Notes: a model not told the origin generated them from the sequence alone. 64,000 nucleotides of DNA from Bordetella parapertussis (GCA_945864585.1 CAMBCF010000008.1:5689-69688), one strand, 5' to 3'; shown: positions 49,503 through 59,475, numbered from the stretch's first letter. Translations and numbers: made by a program.

Positions 49503-50720
49503 TCACAATGACGGCCGGTAGAGCCCTGGAACGACGACGCCCCGCGCATGATCACGCCAGTAGTAGCCCATCACCCGTGCATGACACTCCGGCCATGCAT
49601 GATTCTCGTCGAGAAACTCCTCCGCTTTACAGCCAAAGGTTTCGGATGCGGCGGCATCGATAATCGCCACCTGATACTCGAGCGCCCAGGTGTTCAACGC
49701 CGATTTTGTGCGTTCAAGGCAGGTCTGAGACGGCTGCGCTTTTGCCATCGCGTGCTCCATGCCGGGTATCAAAGGCGGCACGATGAACACCACGTGCCCG
49801 CCGTTGTAATTCATGCGTTGCGCCAGCGCGCCCAAGCGGCGCAAGTAGGCCGGATTGGGCGCGCCCTGTGTGGAACACAAGTGCCTGGAAAATTGCGAAC
49901 TGGGCGCGGCAGCGGCCTGCGCCAGCACGCGCGCGCGCGCTTCGCTCAAATGGCGTTCGCCGGCAAACGTCCAACTGCCGTCATAACGAAACCCCAGACA
50001 CGCGCCACGGTTAATCACATCAAAGTCGCGCGCGGCTGCGCCCTCTGCGCAACGGTATTCGGCGCCCGCAAGATCAAAAAACGTGCGCTGGAACGCCGCC
50101 AGCGGTTGCGCAGATTTCCACACGGCGCGTAACGCGTTGCCGAGGTTCTCAACCTTGGGTAACGACAAGGCATCGGCTATCTTGCGTGCCGGTGAAACAG
50201 TAGTTGCGCCATAGCCCGCTAGCTGCGCCTGCGGGGCCAGGTCGAGGGTGGCCACATCACCGTGTTGATAAATCATTCCCACCGCCCAATCGAGACCGAT
50301 CACCAGGTTGCGCACGCGCGTGGCGTGATGGCGCTCGAGGTACTCGGCCTCGCCGGTGACGGTGGATGTTGCGTTGGCGGTGAGCGAAAAATTGTAAGCG
50401 CGCAGCGGCGGCGGAAACATCGCTTCGGTCACGCCCATCAGCGACGATGCGCCCAACACCACGGTGTTGATCGGCTGCGTGTGATCAATCAGCCGATCGG
50501 CAAGCCGATGCGCCTTGAACGGCCGCGAATTCGTAACCGGCGGCGCATAGGTGACGCCATGGGTTGCCTGCTGCCATGCGCTGGCCTGAGTTACCGCTTC
50601 CGCGCTGCCCAGGCCGCGCTCGCCCAAGGCCAGGTTGAGCACCAGTATGATCAATAACGGCAAAGAAAAAAATGCAATAAAAACAGATAGATAGCGCTTG
50701 TGATGGGATTCTGGATGCAC
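49503..50720 (-). CDS. Membrane-anchored SGNH-like acyl-transfer protein, paralog B
   Basis: VVLGASS, GLDW, FLDENH; shares QQATxGVTYAPPV, ARDFDVINRG, RYDGSWTFA with paralog A. Confidence 0.65.
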   Translation of the reverse strand: MHPESHHKRYLSVFIAFFSLPLLIILVLNLALGERGLGSAEAVTQASAWQQATHGVTYAPPVTNSRPFKAHRLADRLIDHTQPINTVVLGASSLMGVTEAMFPPPLRAYNFSLTANATSTVTGEAEYLERHHATRVRNLVIGLDWAVGMIYQHGDVATLDLAPQAQLAGYGATTVSPARKIADALSLPKVENLGNALRAVWKSAQPLAAFQRTFFDLAGAEYRCAEGAAARDFDVINRGACLGFRYDGSWTFAGERHLSEARARVLAQAAAAPSSQFSRHLCSTQGAPNPAYLRRLGALAQRMNYNGGHVVFIVPPLIPGMEHAMAKAQPSQTCLERTKSALNTWALEYQVAIIDAAASETFGCKAEEFLDENHAWPECHARVMGYYWRDHARGVVVPGLYRPSL

Positions 50721-50724
50721 GGTA

Positions 50725-52260
50725 TCAGAACTGAAAATAAAGAAACTCGGACTTCTTGTGCAGATTCACCACGATCACCAGAGCCAGTACTGCACATGGC
50801 GCTGCCAGCCAAGCCGCGGGCCGCCAGCACCACCAGTGTCGCGCATCACTCGCGGCAAACGCGCCCAGCACAGGTTGCGCGCGGCTCATGATTTGCTGCG
50901 TGTTGGGCGCGAACCACACCACCAGCAGCAGCAACACGATCCAGTAGCTCAGTCCCGCGGTAACCAATCCGCGTGTGTCCGTAAACGCCACGCCCTGCGC
51001 GGACAGCCACAATCCTGCGTCGCCCCACTTCGCCAGCCATTGATCGGGCAACGCGAAACCGTGGAGACCCGCCATGCCCCGCAACATCAGCCACGCAGTC
51101 GACATACTGTCCGCACGAAAAATCACCCAGCCCACCACCACCGCGATAAAGGTAAGGCCGCACCCCAGCGCGCGGCCCCACGCCGTAGCCTGCGGCGCGT
51201 ATCCCAAGGTGCGCCGCAAGGCGATCCAGCCGTGGTTGACGCACAGATACACGCCGTGCAACGCGCCCCACAGCACAAACGTCCAGCCTGCGCCATGCCA
51301 CAGCCCGCCCAGCAGCATGGTGACCAGCACGTTGATATAACGCCGCGCGGGCCCTTTGCGATTGCCGCCCAACGGCACATACAGATAGTCACGCAAAAAT
51401 CGCGACAGCGTGATGTGCCAACGGCGCCAGAACTCAATGATGTTTACCGCCTGGTACGGTGAATAAAAATTAGCCGGCAATTTCACCCCAAACAGCAGCG
51501 ACAAGCCCACGGCCATGTCGGAGTACCCTGAAAAATCAAAGTACAACTGAAAGGTGTACGCCAGCGCGCCGCTCCATGCTTCGAGAAATGTCAGCGCGGC
51601 GCCGCCACGCGCGGCGTCGAATATGGGCACAACATACACACCCACGCCATCGGCGATCAGCACTTTCTTGGCCAGCCCCAGCACCAGCAAGGTCGCGCCC
51701 GCAGCCAGCTTGCCCGCGTCGGGATGGTAAATCTCACGCCGCGCAAATTGCGGCATCATTTCCGCGTGGTGCAATATCGGCCCGGCGATGAGGTGCGGAA
51801 AATAGCTGACGAACAGGGCGTAATGCACGAAGCTGTATTCGCGCGCCTTGCCTTGATAGGCGTCCACCAGGAAAGCAATCTGGGTAAAGGTGAAAAACGA
51901 AATGCCCAAAGGCAGAATAATTTCGCCCAAACTGAAGTGCGTTTGCAATGCGCCATTCAGATTGTCGATAAAAAAATTGGCGTACTTGTAGTAGCCCAGC
52001 AAAGCGAGATCAGCCGCCAGCGCGAGCAGCAACAGTTTGCGTGAGCGCGTCTGCACGATGGCGAGGCCGATGCGATAGTTGAACACCATCGATAACACCA
52101 GCAGCCCCACATACGCGGGGTTCCACCAGCCATAAAAAAATAAAGAGGCGAGGGTGAGCCAGGCCGCTGCAGCCATCGGACTGCGCCGCCCCAGCACAAA
52201 AAATCCTGCCAGGGTCAGCGGCAGAAACAAAAAAATGAAAGGCAGTGAATTAAAAAGCAT
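50725..52260 (-). CDS. MBOAT O-acyltransferase, paralog B
   Basis: MLFNS start, FWRRWHITLS, GLWHGAGW, C-terminal EFLYFQF. Confidence 0.92.
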   Translation of the reverse strand: MLFNSLPFIFLFLPLTLAGFFVLGRRSPMAAAAWLTLASLFFYGWWNPAYVGLLVLSMVFNYRIGLAIVQTRSRKLLLLALAADLALLGYYKYANFFIDNLNGALQTHFSLGEIILPLGISFFTFTQIAFLVDAYQGKAREYSFVHYALFVSYFPHLIAGPILHHAEMMPQFARREIYHPDAGKLAAGATLLVLGLAKKVLIADGVGVYVVPIFDAARGGAALTFLEAWSGALAYTFQLYFDFSGYSDMAVGLSLLFGVKLPANFYSPYQAVNIIEFWRRWHITLSRFLRDYLYVPLGGNRKGPARRYINVLVTMLLGGLWHGAGWTFVLWGALHGVYLCVNHGWIALRRTLGYAPQATAWGRALGCGLTFIAVVVGWVIFRADSMSTAWLMLRGMAGLHGFALPDQWLAKWGDAGLWLSAQGVAFTDTRGLVTAGLSYWIVLLLLVVWFAPNTQQIMSRAQPVLGAFAASDARHWWCWRPAAWLAAPCAVLALVIVVNLHKKSEFLYFQF

Positions 52261-52280
52261 GGGTGCCCGCGCGCTGACGG

Positions 52281-53387
52281 CTACGCGCCTGGCCACGCGT
52301 TGCAGGCAGCAATCACTGCTTGCACCTGTGTCTCGCTCATCACCGGGCTGATCGGCAAACTCAGCACTTCGCGGTGGATGGCTTCGGTCACCGGATAGGC
52401 GCGGCCATGCCATTCGCGATATGCCTGCTGCTGATGCGGCGGCAGTGGATAGTGTATCAGCGTGTCCACAGCGCAATCCTGCAGATGCTTTTGCAATGCA
52501 TCCCGTGCAGGGCTGCGCACTACAAACACATGCCACACCGGTTCGTTGTTCGCGCCCACCACCGGCAGGGTGATTTGCGGCTGGCGAATTTCACTCAAAT
52601 AACGGCCGGCGATTTCACGCCGGCGTTGATTGTCGGCATCCACGCGCGCGAGCTTCACGCGCAGCAATGCGGCCTGCAATTCGTCCAGCCGGCTGTTCAC
52701 TCCCTTGTGCAGATTCTCATACTTGCGCTGCGAGCCGTAGTTGCGCAAGGCGCGCAAGGTGTCAGCGAGCGCATCGTCGTTAGTAGTTACCGCGCCGCCA
52801 TCACCCAGCGCGCCGAGATTCTTGCTGGGGAAAAAACTATGCCCGGCGGCATCGCCCAGTGCGCCCGCGCGCACACCCGCATGGCGCGCGCCGTGCGCCT
52901 GCGCGCAATCTTCGAGCACACTGAGACCGTGGCGCCGGGCCAACGCGTTGATCGCGCTCATGTCCGCGGTTTGACCATACAGATGCACCGGCAAAATCGC
53001 GCGCGTACGCGCACTTAAATGCGCCTCGATCTGGCTCGCATCGAGATTACAGGTTGCCGCTTCAGGCTCGACCAGCACCGGCGTCAGTGCATTTTCGGTA
53101 ATCGCCAGAATGGTCGCGATATAGGTGTTTGCCGGCACTATGACTTCATCACCTGTTGCCAGTACCCCCAGTTCACGCCACGCACGCAATGTCAGCGTCA
53201 GCGCGTCGAGGCCATTGCCGACACCCACGCAATGGCGCGTGCCGCAGTACGCCGCATACTCGCGCTCAAACGCATCCAGCTCTTTTCCCATCACGTACCA
53301 GCCGCTGTCGAGCACGCGGGTGAACGCCGCGATCAGCGCGTCGCGGTCACGTGCGTTGATGCCGAGCAGGTCAAGAAACGGGATCAT
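52281..53387 (-). CDS. DegT/DnrJ sugar aminotransferase (FdtB/QdtB-like)
   Basis: [45 protein letters not shown]. Confidence 0.92.
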   Translation of the reverse strand: MIPFLDLLGINARDRDALIAAFTRVLDSGWYVMGKELDAFEREYAAYCGTRHCVGVGNGLDALTLTLRAWRELGVLATGDEVIVPANTYIATILAITENALTPVLVEPEAATCNLDASQIEAHLSARTRAILPVHLYGQTADMSAINALARRHGLSVLEDCAQAHGARHAGVRAGALGDAAGHSFFPSKNLGALGDGGAVTTNDDALADTLRALRNYGSQRKYENLHKGVNSRLDELQAALLRVKLARVDADNQRRREIAGRYLSEIRQPQITLPVVGANNEPVWHVFVVRSPARDALQKHLQDCAVDTLIHYPLPPHQQQAYREWHGRAYPVTEAIHREVLSLPISPVMSETQVQAVIAACNAWPGA

Positions 53388-53946
53388 GTATTACTTTCAC
53401 CGGTGTGGGCAGCAGCGCGGCATGGCGCTTAAACGATGCTTCGACCGGCCGGCGCTGGGTTGCGTAAAGATAATCCGCCGCTGTTTCCCCCGTGCGCACG
53501 CCGCCAAAGCGCTGCATGAAGCGCCACACCGAGCGATTGGCCTTGCGCACCGCGAAATACGAGCGGTTAAAGCCCAAAGTATCCAGCGCATAATGATAAA
53601 CAATCAGCAGCGACTCCACGGCGTGCGTGACCGGCACGCCATCTTTCATCACCCAACTGCCAAAACAAAAACTGTCGTCGAAGGGCTGGTAGATGCGAAC
53701 AGTGCCGACTTTCGCCCCGGATTTTTCTTCGACGACAAAATAGGCCTGATCCGCAGTGTGTGCATACTGAGCGAGCCAGGTAACTTGGTGGGCAATTTCG
53801 GTGCTGGTGGGCGAAAGGTAGCGGTGCTTTTTAGGATCGGTGCGCAGTTGCACGATGAACGCCGCATCCTCCACACCGGCATTGCGCAGAATAAGTTGAT
53901 GGCCCACCAGTTGCTGTGCTTTCTGAATCTTCGGAACAGAGGCCAT
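53371..53946 (-). CDS. GNAT sugar N-acyltransferase (FdhC-like)
   Basis: [36 protein letters not shown]; lies between fdtA-like and fdtB-like genes. Confidence 0.75.
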   Translation of the reverse strand: MASVPKIQKAQQLVGHQLILRNAGVEDAAFIVQLRTDPKKHRYLSPTSTEIAHQVTWLAQYAHTADQAYFVVEEKSGAKVGTVRIYQPFDDSFCFGSWVMKDGVPVTHAVESLLIVYHYALDTLGFNRSYFAVRKANRSVWRFMQRFGGVRTGETAADYLYATQRRPVEASFKRHAALLPTPVKVIHDPVS

Positions 53947-53966
53947 GGCTACACTGCCGCGCGCGC

Positions 53967-54371
53967 TCAAGACGCGGTCCTGGTCAGCGCCTTGAACGCC
54001 GCGTAATCCCGAATGTAATCGGCGACGTCATAGCAGCCGTCGGCCAGCACCAGCAATACACAGCCGGCTGAAAAATCATACATTTCGTGCCACACCATGG
54101 GATCGATATAGAGACCACGGTCGTTGTGCGCCAGCATCAGGTCTTCGCGACGCTTACCATCGTCGAGCAGCACCTTGCAGCTTCCGCTCACACACACCAT
54201 CAGTTGCTTGAGCGTGTGATGCGCGTGTTTACCGCGGCGCACACCCGCGCGCGTGCCGAAAATATAGTAGGCGCGCTGAATCGCGAAAGGGATATTTTTT
54301 TGCCCTTCGATGGCGACCAGCCAGCCCAGATCATCGCCTTTGACCTCGAATTCGGCGTAGCGGGCCAACAT
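53967..54371 (-). CDS. dTDP-4-keto-6-deoxyglucose 3,4-ketoisomerase (FdtA/QdtA cupin)
   Basis: IPFAIQRAYY, RGKHAH, WHEMYDFS, DYIRDY. Confidence 0.9.
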   Translation of the reverse strand: MLARYAEFEVKGDDLGWLVAIEGQKNIPFAIQRAYYIFGTRAGVRRGKHAHHTLKQLMVCVSGSCKVLLDDGKRREDLMLAHNDRGLYIDPMVWHEMYDFSAGCVLLVLADGCYDVADYIRDYAAFKALTRTAS

Positions 54372-54763
54372 CAGGCGTGGCCCTCTTTGCGCGTGTGCAG
54401 CCCGTCCAGACACCAGCGCGAACCGAGGTAATTTACCGGCAGCATGATCAGCACCGTGGCGAATATCGCGATGCGCGAATGCCAGCCCAGGTAATCGATC
54501 AACGCCGTGTTGACCCCACTGCCCGCCGCACCGGCAACAAGGTAAAACGCAGCAAATAGCATGAATCCGCGTGACGACATGCTACTGCCGAACACGTGCC
54601 GCGCATATAGATAGTAGGCGGCAACCACGCCCGCTGCATAGGAAATTACGTAGGCCGGCAAATGCCCCATGAAGAACAATGCGGCCTGATAAATCAGCAA
54701 TGAGATCAGTGTATTGAGCGCGCCTGCCCCGGCAAATCGCGCGTAGCGCAGGGCGCTATTCAT
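54371..54763 (-). CDS. GtrA family flippase
   Basis: RFAGAGALNT, four TM segments, NYLGSRW. Confidence 0.8.
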   Translation of the reverse strand: MNSALRYARFAGAGALNTLISLLIYQAALFFMGHLPAYVISYAAGVVAAYYLYARHVFGSSMSSRGFMLFAAFYLVAGAAGSGVNTALIDYLGWHSRIAIFATVLIMLPVNYLGSRWCLDGLHTRKEGHA

Positions 54764-55712
54764 GGCGCGGGCCGTCAGCCGCCGGGTACTGCATGCGCTC
54801 GCGCACCAGTCCCAATGGCCGCCGTTTGGTGTTCTCGTAGGCGCGCCACACATAACTCCCGACAATGCCCAGGCCCAACAGGATCAGTGAAGCCGAAAAC
54901 AACAGGGTCACCATGATGGCGGTGTATCCCGGCACCGCCACCAGATTCATCAAGCGCGCCACCAGCAGCGCTGCGCCCAGCAGCATGAATCCGACAGTGC
55001 CGGCAAAACCGATAATCATCAACAGCGTAATTGGAATAGCCGTGAACGAAAAAATACTGTCGAGCAGGTAGGCCGCCTTCTTGCGCCAGGTCCAGCCGCT
55101 GCTGCCGTATTTGCGGGCGCGCCGCTGATAGGGCACCTGCGCGCGCGGGAATCCGATCCAGAACAATTGCGCGATCAGCGAGCTGTGGGCTTCATCGAGC
55201 TGCAGCAGCGCATCACGCGCGCGGCGCGATACGGCGAACACATCCACACCGGATGCGGGTATTTCGGGTTGCACCAGAAACCGGTACAGCCGCCAGAAGA
55301 GGCGCGCGGAGAGCTGGCTCGCCACCGGATCGTCGCGTCCGCTGCGGGTGCCGATCGCCACATCGTGCCCTTGCGCGAGGCTTTTGAAAAACTCGACCAT
55401 CAGTTCCGGCGGCTCCTGCAAATCCGCGGCCATCACCGCAATGAATTCGCCGCGCGCCGCCGCCAGCCCCGTGCGTACCGCCGTGAACGAGCCGAAATTG
55501 CGCGATAAGGCTATCAACTGCGTCGCCACCGTAAACGCCGGCAGAAGCTCACACAGCCAGGCTTCGGAATGATCCGGGCTGCCATCAATCACAAAAACCG
55601 CTTCCAGTTCACCCACAGTTTGATCCGCAATCTGACGCACCGCCTGCAGCACTTCCGGCAGGAATTCCTGGTTGCGGTAGATCGGAATAATCAGGGTGTG
55701 GCTGATGGGCAT
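54756..55712 (-). CDS. GtrB/ArnC-like polyprenol-phosphate glycosyltransferase (GT2)
   Basis: IDGSPD, LSRNFGS, AADLQEPP, two C-terminal TMs, YVWRAYENTKRRP. Confidence 0.88.
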   Translation of the reverse strand: MPISHTLIIPIYRNQEFLPEVLQAVRQIADQTVGELEAVFVIDGSPDHSEAWLCELLPAFTVATQLIALSRNFGSFTAVRTGLAAARGEFIAVMAADLQEPPELMVEFFKSLAQGHDVAIGTRSGRDDPVASQLSARLFWRLYRFLVQPEIPASGVDVFAVSRRARDALLQLDEAHSSLIAQLFWIGFPRAQVPYQRRARKYGSSGWTWRKKAAYLLDSIFSFTAIPITLLMIIGFAGTVGFMLLGAALLVARLMNLVAVPGYTAIMVTLLFSASLILLGLGIVGSYVWRAYENTKRRPLGLVRERMQYPAADGPRHE

Positions 55713-56055
55713 GGGCTACCGGGGCGTCTAAAGCTGATCGCGGTAATCAGTTGCAGGTGTTTGATTATACGGGATAATCCTAGAAACGGTAGTTGGACGG
55801 GGTGGAGCGTGCGGTTTTGGGGGTGCAGGGCAAGGCGCAGCGACGCGGAATGGTTGTTCCATTCCAAGGAGTTGCAACGCAGCCATGCGCCGCCAGAACC
55901 GTGCGATCCGCCCCGTAGCGCTGTCACCAAACGGGTGATCGTTGATAGCATGAAAAACTATAAGGCCATCAAGAGGTTGGTAGCATCGCGAGCGGTCAAC
56001 TGCCGTTTCTAGGATAATTCTTGTGGCGATGTTTTGCCGCCGGAGCAGGCCTTCA

Positions 56056-56730
56056 TCACACCACGGCATCCCGCTGCACGCCACGGCGCACCAGCCGCGC
56101 CGGGTTTCCGCTGAGCACGCAATTCGGATCATTGAATTCGCCACGCACCACCGCTCCTGCGCCCATCACCGTGCGCGCCGCAAGGCGCGTGTCTTTCGCG
56201 ATGATTGCACCAAAGCCCACCCACGCACGCTCGCCGATAATGATCGCGGCAGGTGGATTGATGCCGTTATTTTCGGCGTCGCGCAGCGCATGATAATCGT
56301 TGTCGACTATCGTCGCATCCCACGAGATCAGGGTGTCACGGCCTATCACGATTTGTTTGGCGCAGAACAAGGATACGCGGGCATTCATGTGGACATGGTC
56401 GCCGATGTCGAGCGCGCCGCTGCACACGATGCTGGCGCCCGGCCCGATGTGCACATCAGCGCCGAAACGCACCACGCCTTCCACGCGCCACACGCCGCGC
56501 CGGCCGCCATCGGGAAACACATCTACGTCAGCCGGACCCAGACGCACCGTGCCGAATTCATATTGCGCCAGTTCGACACGGCCACCCAGGCGCACCAGCG
56601 TCATGCGATGCGACACCAGCACCGGCAGCCTGCACGCCTGCGCGAATGGAAAATATCGAAAATTGAAAATCAGCGTCTTGGGCAGACCCAGCAGTAGCCG
56701 CCACGCTTTGCCTGCCTCACGCAGCAGCAT
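56056..56730 (-). CDS. Left-handed beta-helix acyltransferase
   Basis: Hexapeptide repeats, DNDYH, IIIGERAWVG, GNPARLVR. Confidence 0.8.
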   Translation of the reverse strand: MLLREAGKAWRLLLGLPKTLIFNFRYFPFAQACRLPVLVSHRMTLVRLGGRVELAQYEFGTVRLGPADVDVFPDGGRRGVWRVEGVVRFGADVHIGPGASIVCSGALDIGDHVHMNARVSLFCAKQIVIGRDTLISWDATIVDNDYHALRDAENNGINPPAAIIIGERAWVGFGAIIAKDTRLAARTVMGAGAVVRGEFNDPNCVLSGNPARLVRRGVQRDAVV

Positions 56731-58516
56731 CGCGCACCTGCGTGCTCACTTGCGTGCCCACCTGCGTGCTCACCTGCCCGGAGAACTGTATCTGATAAAG
56801 CTTCGCGTAGGTGCGCCCCTGGGCAAGCAGCTCACGATGTGTGCCTATCTCAACAATGCTTCCTTGGTCCAACACCACGATACGATCGGCGTTTTCGACG
56901 GTGGACAAGCGATGCGCAATCACCAGCGTGGTGCGGCCCTGCATCAAGGTTTCGAGGGCGGCTTGCACATGGCGCTCGGATTCGGAATCGAGCGCAGAGG
57001 TGGCTTCGTCGAGCACCAGCAGCGGCGCATTTTTCAGCAGTGCACGCGCGATGGCGAGGCGCTGGCGTTGCCCGCCTGAAAGTTTGACGCCATTTTCACC
57101 GACGATGGTGGCGTAGCCCTGCGGCATCTGGCGGATGAATTCGCTGGCGTGTGCCGCATCGGCGGCGGCTTGAATCTGCGCCTCGGTAGCCCCGTTCATC
57201 GCGCCATAGGCGATGTTCGCCGCCACCGTATCGTTGAACAGCACCACATCCTGACTCACCAGCGCGATGTTGGCGCGCAGGCTCGCGAGTTTTATGTCAG
57301 CCAGGTCGTGACCGTCGAGCGTGATGCGCCCCGACGTGGGGCGGTAAAAGCACGGTACCAGATTGGCCACCGTGGATTTGCCCGCACCCGAAGCACCCAC
57401 CAGCGCCACGGTTTCGCCCGGCTTGATGTGCAGATTGATGTTATCCAGCGCCTGCTGCTCCGCACCCTCGTAACGTAAGCCTATGTGTTCAAACACCAGT
57501 TCTCCGCGTGCGCGTGCAATGTTCAAACTGCCCGTGTCACGCTCGCCGGACTGATCCAGCAGCGCAAACACGCTTTCAGCCGCCGCCAGCCCGCGTTGCA
57601 GCGGTTCGTTCACGCTGGTGACGCGCTTTAACGGCGCGGTCAGCATCAACATCGCGGCAAGAAACGACACAAAGCTGCCGACGGTAATCGAAGCATCGCG
57701 TGTAGCAAAAAATATCATCGCTGCCAGCGCGCTGGCTGCAACCAACTGCACAAAGGGAACACTGGCGGCGGCGGCGGCGGCCTGCTTCATCAAAAAGCGC
57801 CGCACGCGATTGGTTTGCTGCCCAAAGCGCCCGGTTTCGTAGGCCTGCCCGCCATAAAGCTTGACGATTTTGTGCCCCTCGATGGCTTCCTGAATCACCT
57901 GTGTCACCTCGCCCATGGCATTTTGCACATCACGGCTGGTGTTACGCAGCCGTATGCTGACCAGGCGCACAATCAAAATAATCAACGGCGTCATCAACAG
58001 CGAAAGCAGGGTGAGCTGCCAGTTAAGCCAGAACATCCAGCTTAACAAACCGATAATCGCCACCCCGTCCTTGAATATCGCCACCAGCACGCTGGTGGCG
58101 GCGGCAGTCACCTGGGTCACATCAAACGTCAGTTTGGAAATCAGGTTGCCCGAAGCCTGATCGTCGTAATACGGCGTCGGCAACTCCAGCAGGCGCGCGA
58201 ACATCTGCGCGCGCAAATCCATCACCAGCCGGTTGCCCACCCACGCCATGCAATATGACGCCGCGTATCCGGCGAGCCCGCGCACCACAAACAGCGCGAT
58301 AATAATTAGCGGCATCCAGCGTATCGCCGCGGCATCGCGCTCGACGAACACGCCATCGAACAGCGGTTTCATGATCGCCGGCAGCGCAACTTCCGTCAGC
58401 GCGACCAGAATCGCGCCGACAATCGCCACCACGAACACGTGACGATAGGGCGCGACGTAACGCAGCAGGCGCAGGTATAACTCGGAACTGGATACCGCTC
58501 GCGTTGAAGATTTCAC
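56717..58516 (-). CDS. msbA: Lipid A-core flippase ABC transporter MsbA
   Basis: LYLRLLRY, GASGAGKS, LSGGQRQR, LDEATSALD. Confidence 0.93.
   Translation of the reverse strand: MKSSTRAVSSSELYLRLLRYVAPYRHVFVVAIVGAILVALTEVALPAIMKPLFDGVFVERDAAAIRWMPLIIIALFVVRGLAGYAASYCMAWVGNRLVMDLRAQMFARLLELPTPYYDDQASGNLISKLTFDVTQVTAAATSVLVAIFKDGVAIIGLLSWMFWLNWQLTLLSLLMTPLIILIVRLVSIRLRNTSRDVQNAMGEVTQVIQEAIEGHKIVKLYGGQAYETGRFGQQTNRVRRFLMKQAAAAAASVPFVQLVAASALAAMIFFATRDASITVGSFVSFLAAMLMLTAPLKRVTSVNEPLQRGLAAAESVFALLDQSGERDTGSLNIARARGELVFEHIGLRYEGAEQQALDNINLHIKPGETVALVGASGAGKSTVANLVPCFYRPTSGRITLDGHDLADIKLASLRANIALVSQDVVLFNDTVAANIAYGAMNGATEAQIQAAADAAHASEFIRQMPQGYATIVGENGVKLSGGQRQRLAIARALLKNAPLLVLDEATSALDSESERHVQAALETLMQGRTTLVIAHRLSTVENADRIVVLDQGSIVEIGTHRELLAQGRTYAKLYQIQFSGQVSTQVGTQVSTQVRDAAA
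56735..56777. repeat. 12-bp tandem repeat encoding the MsbA C-terminal QVST/QVGT tail
   Basis: CACCTGCGTGCT CACTTGCGTGCC CACCTGCGTGCT CACCTGC. Confidence 0.8.
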
Positions 58517-58767
58517 CGCCGAACCATAACAAAATACTAATTTTAATTCAAGAACTTAGCATTCTTTCGTAGTCAACAAACTTCATCCGTCGCATTGACC
58601 CTCGCATTACGTTACGGCAACGGATAAGCGATGCTATAGACGATTCGCAACCGTAATTTTCGATCATAAGTGCCACGCGCCATCATGCACGCCCATGTGC
58701 GAGCACTTGTTATTGTGGTAACGTACCTACATTTCCCAAAAACAGCTTTAGAAACGATAGGTAGGCC

Positions 58768-59022
58768 ATGACCATCACGACCCTTTCAAGCCGTCAGTTC
58801 AACCAGGACGCCAGTAAGGCCAAGAAAGCTGCAAAGATTGGCCCGGTGTTCATCACGGATCGCGGCAAACCGGCCCACGTCCTGCTGACGTTTACCGAAT
58901 ACAAAAAAATCACGGGCGGGCGCACGAAGATCGCCGATCTGCTAGCGATGCCGGGCATTGAAGACGTTGACTTTGCTACACCGCAATTACGCGACCTGGC
59001 ACAGGCGGCAGCGCTTTCTTGA
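58768..59022 (+). CDS. Phd/YefM family antitoxin
   Basis: LSSRQFNQDASKAKKAA..GPVFITDRGKPAHVLL. Confidence 0.9.
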   Translation: MTITTLSSRQFNQDASKAKKAAKIGPVFITDRGKPAHVLLTFTEYKKITGGRTKIADLLAMPGIEDVDFATPQLRDLAQAAALS

Positions 59023-59444
59023 TGTACTTGCTCGATACCAATGTCGTGTCCGAGTTGCGCAAGATACGTCTTGGCAAAGCGGATAGTTCCGTTGCGGATT
59101 GGGCCGACAGCGTCGATGCCACTGATTTGTATCTATCGGCAATTACGATTCAGGAATTGGAGATCGGCGTATTGCTGGTCGAACGGCGCGATCCGGCGCA
59201 GGGCGCGATATTTCGGGCTTGGCTTAATGCCCATGTTTTGCCGGCCTTCACTGGCCGCATTTTGCCCGTCGATACGGCGGTTGTGCTGCGTAGTGCACGG
59301 CTTCATGTGCCAGATCTGCGCCCGATTCGTGACGGGCTAATTGCTGCGACGGCGCTGGTACATGGCATGACCATCGTTACCCGCAACGTTGCCGATTTTG
59401 AGCCTACCGGCGTTCCCACATTAAACCCCTGGCGCCGTTTGTGA
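59022..59444 (+). CDS. vapC: VapC PIN-domain toxin
   Basis: YLLDTNVVSE, DGLIAATA, VTRNVADF; TGATG overlap with antitoxin. Confidence 0.92.
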   Translation: MYLLDTNVVSELRKIRLGKADSSVADWADSVDATDLYLSAITIQELEIGVLLVERRDPAQGAIFRAWLNAHVLPAFTGRILPVDTAVVLRSARLHVPDLRPIRDGLIAATALVHGMTIVTRNVADFEPTGVPTLNPWRRL

Positions 59445-59475
59445 GCACAAGTATTTTTCTCTACGTCGTGCTTTA

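Noticed and set aside
58714-58731. TA operator palindrome TGTGGTAACGTACCTACA
   Set aside because: Plausible position but too imperfect to call from sequence alone
58560-59470. Prophage or integrative element around the Phd-VapC pair
   Set aside because: No integrase, transposase, att-like direct repeats or phage genes nearby
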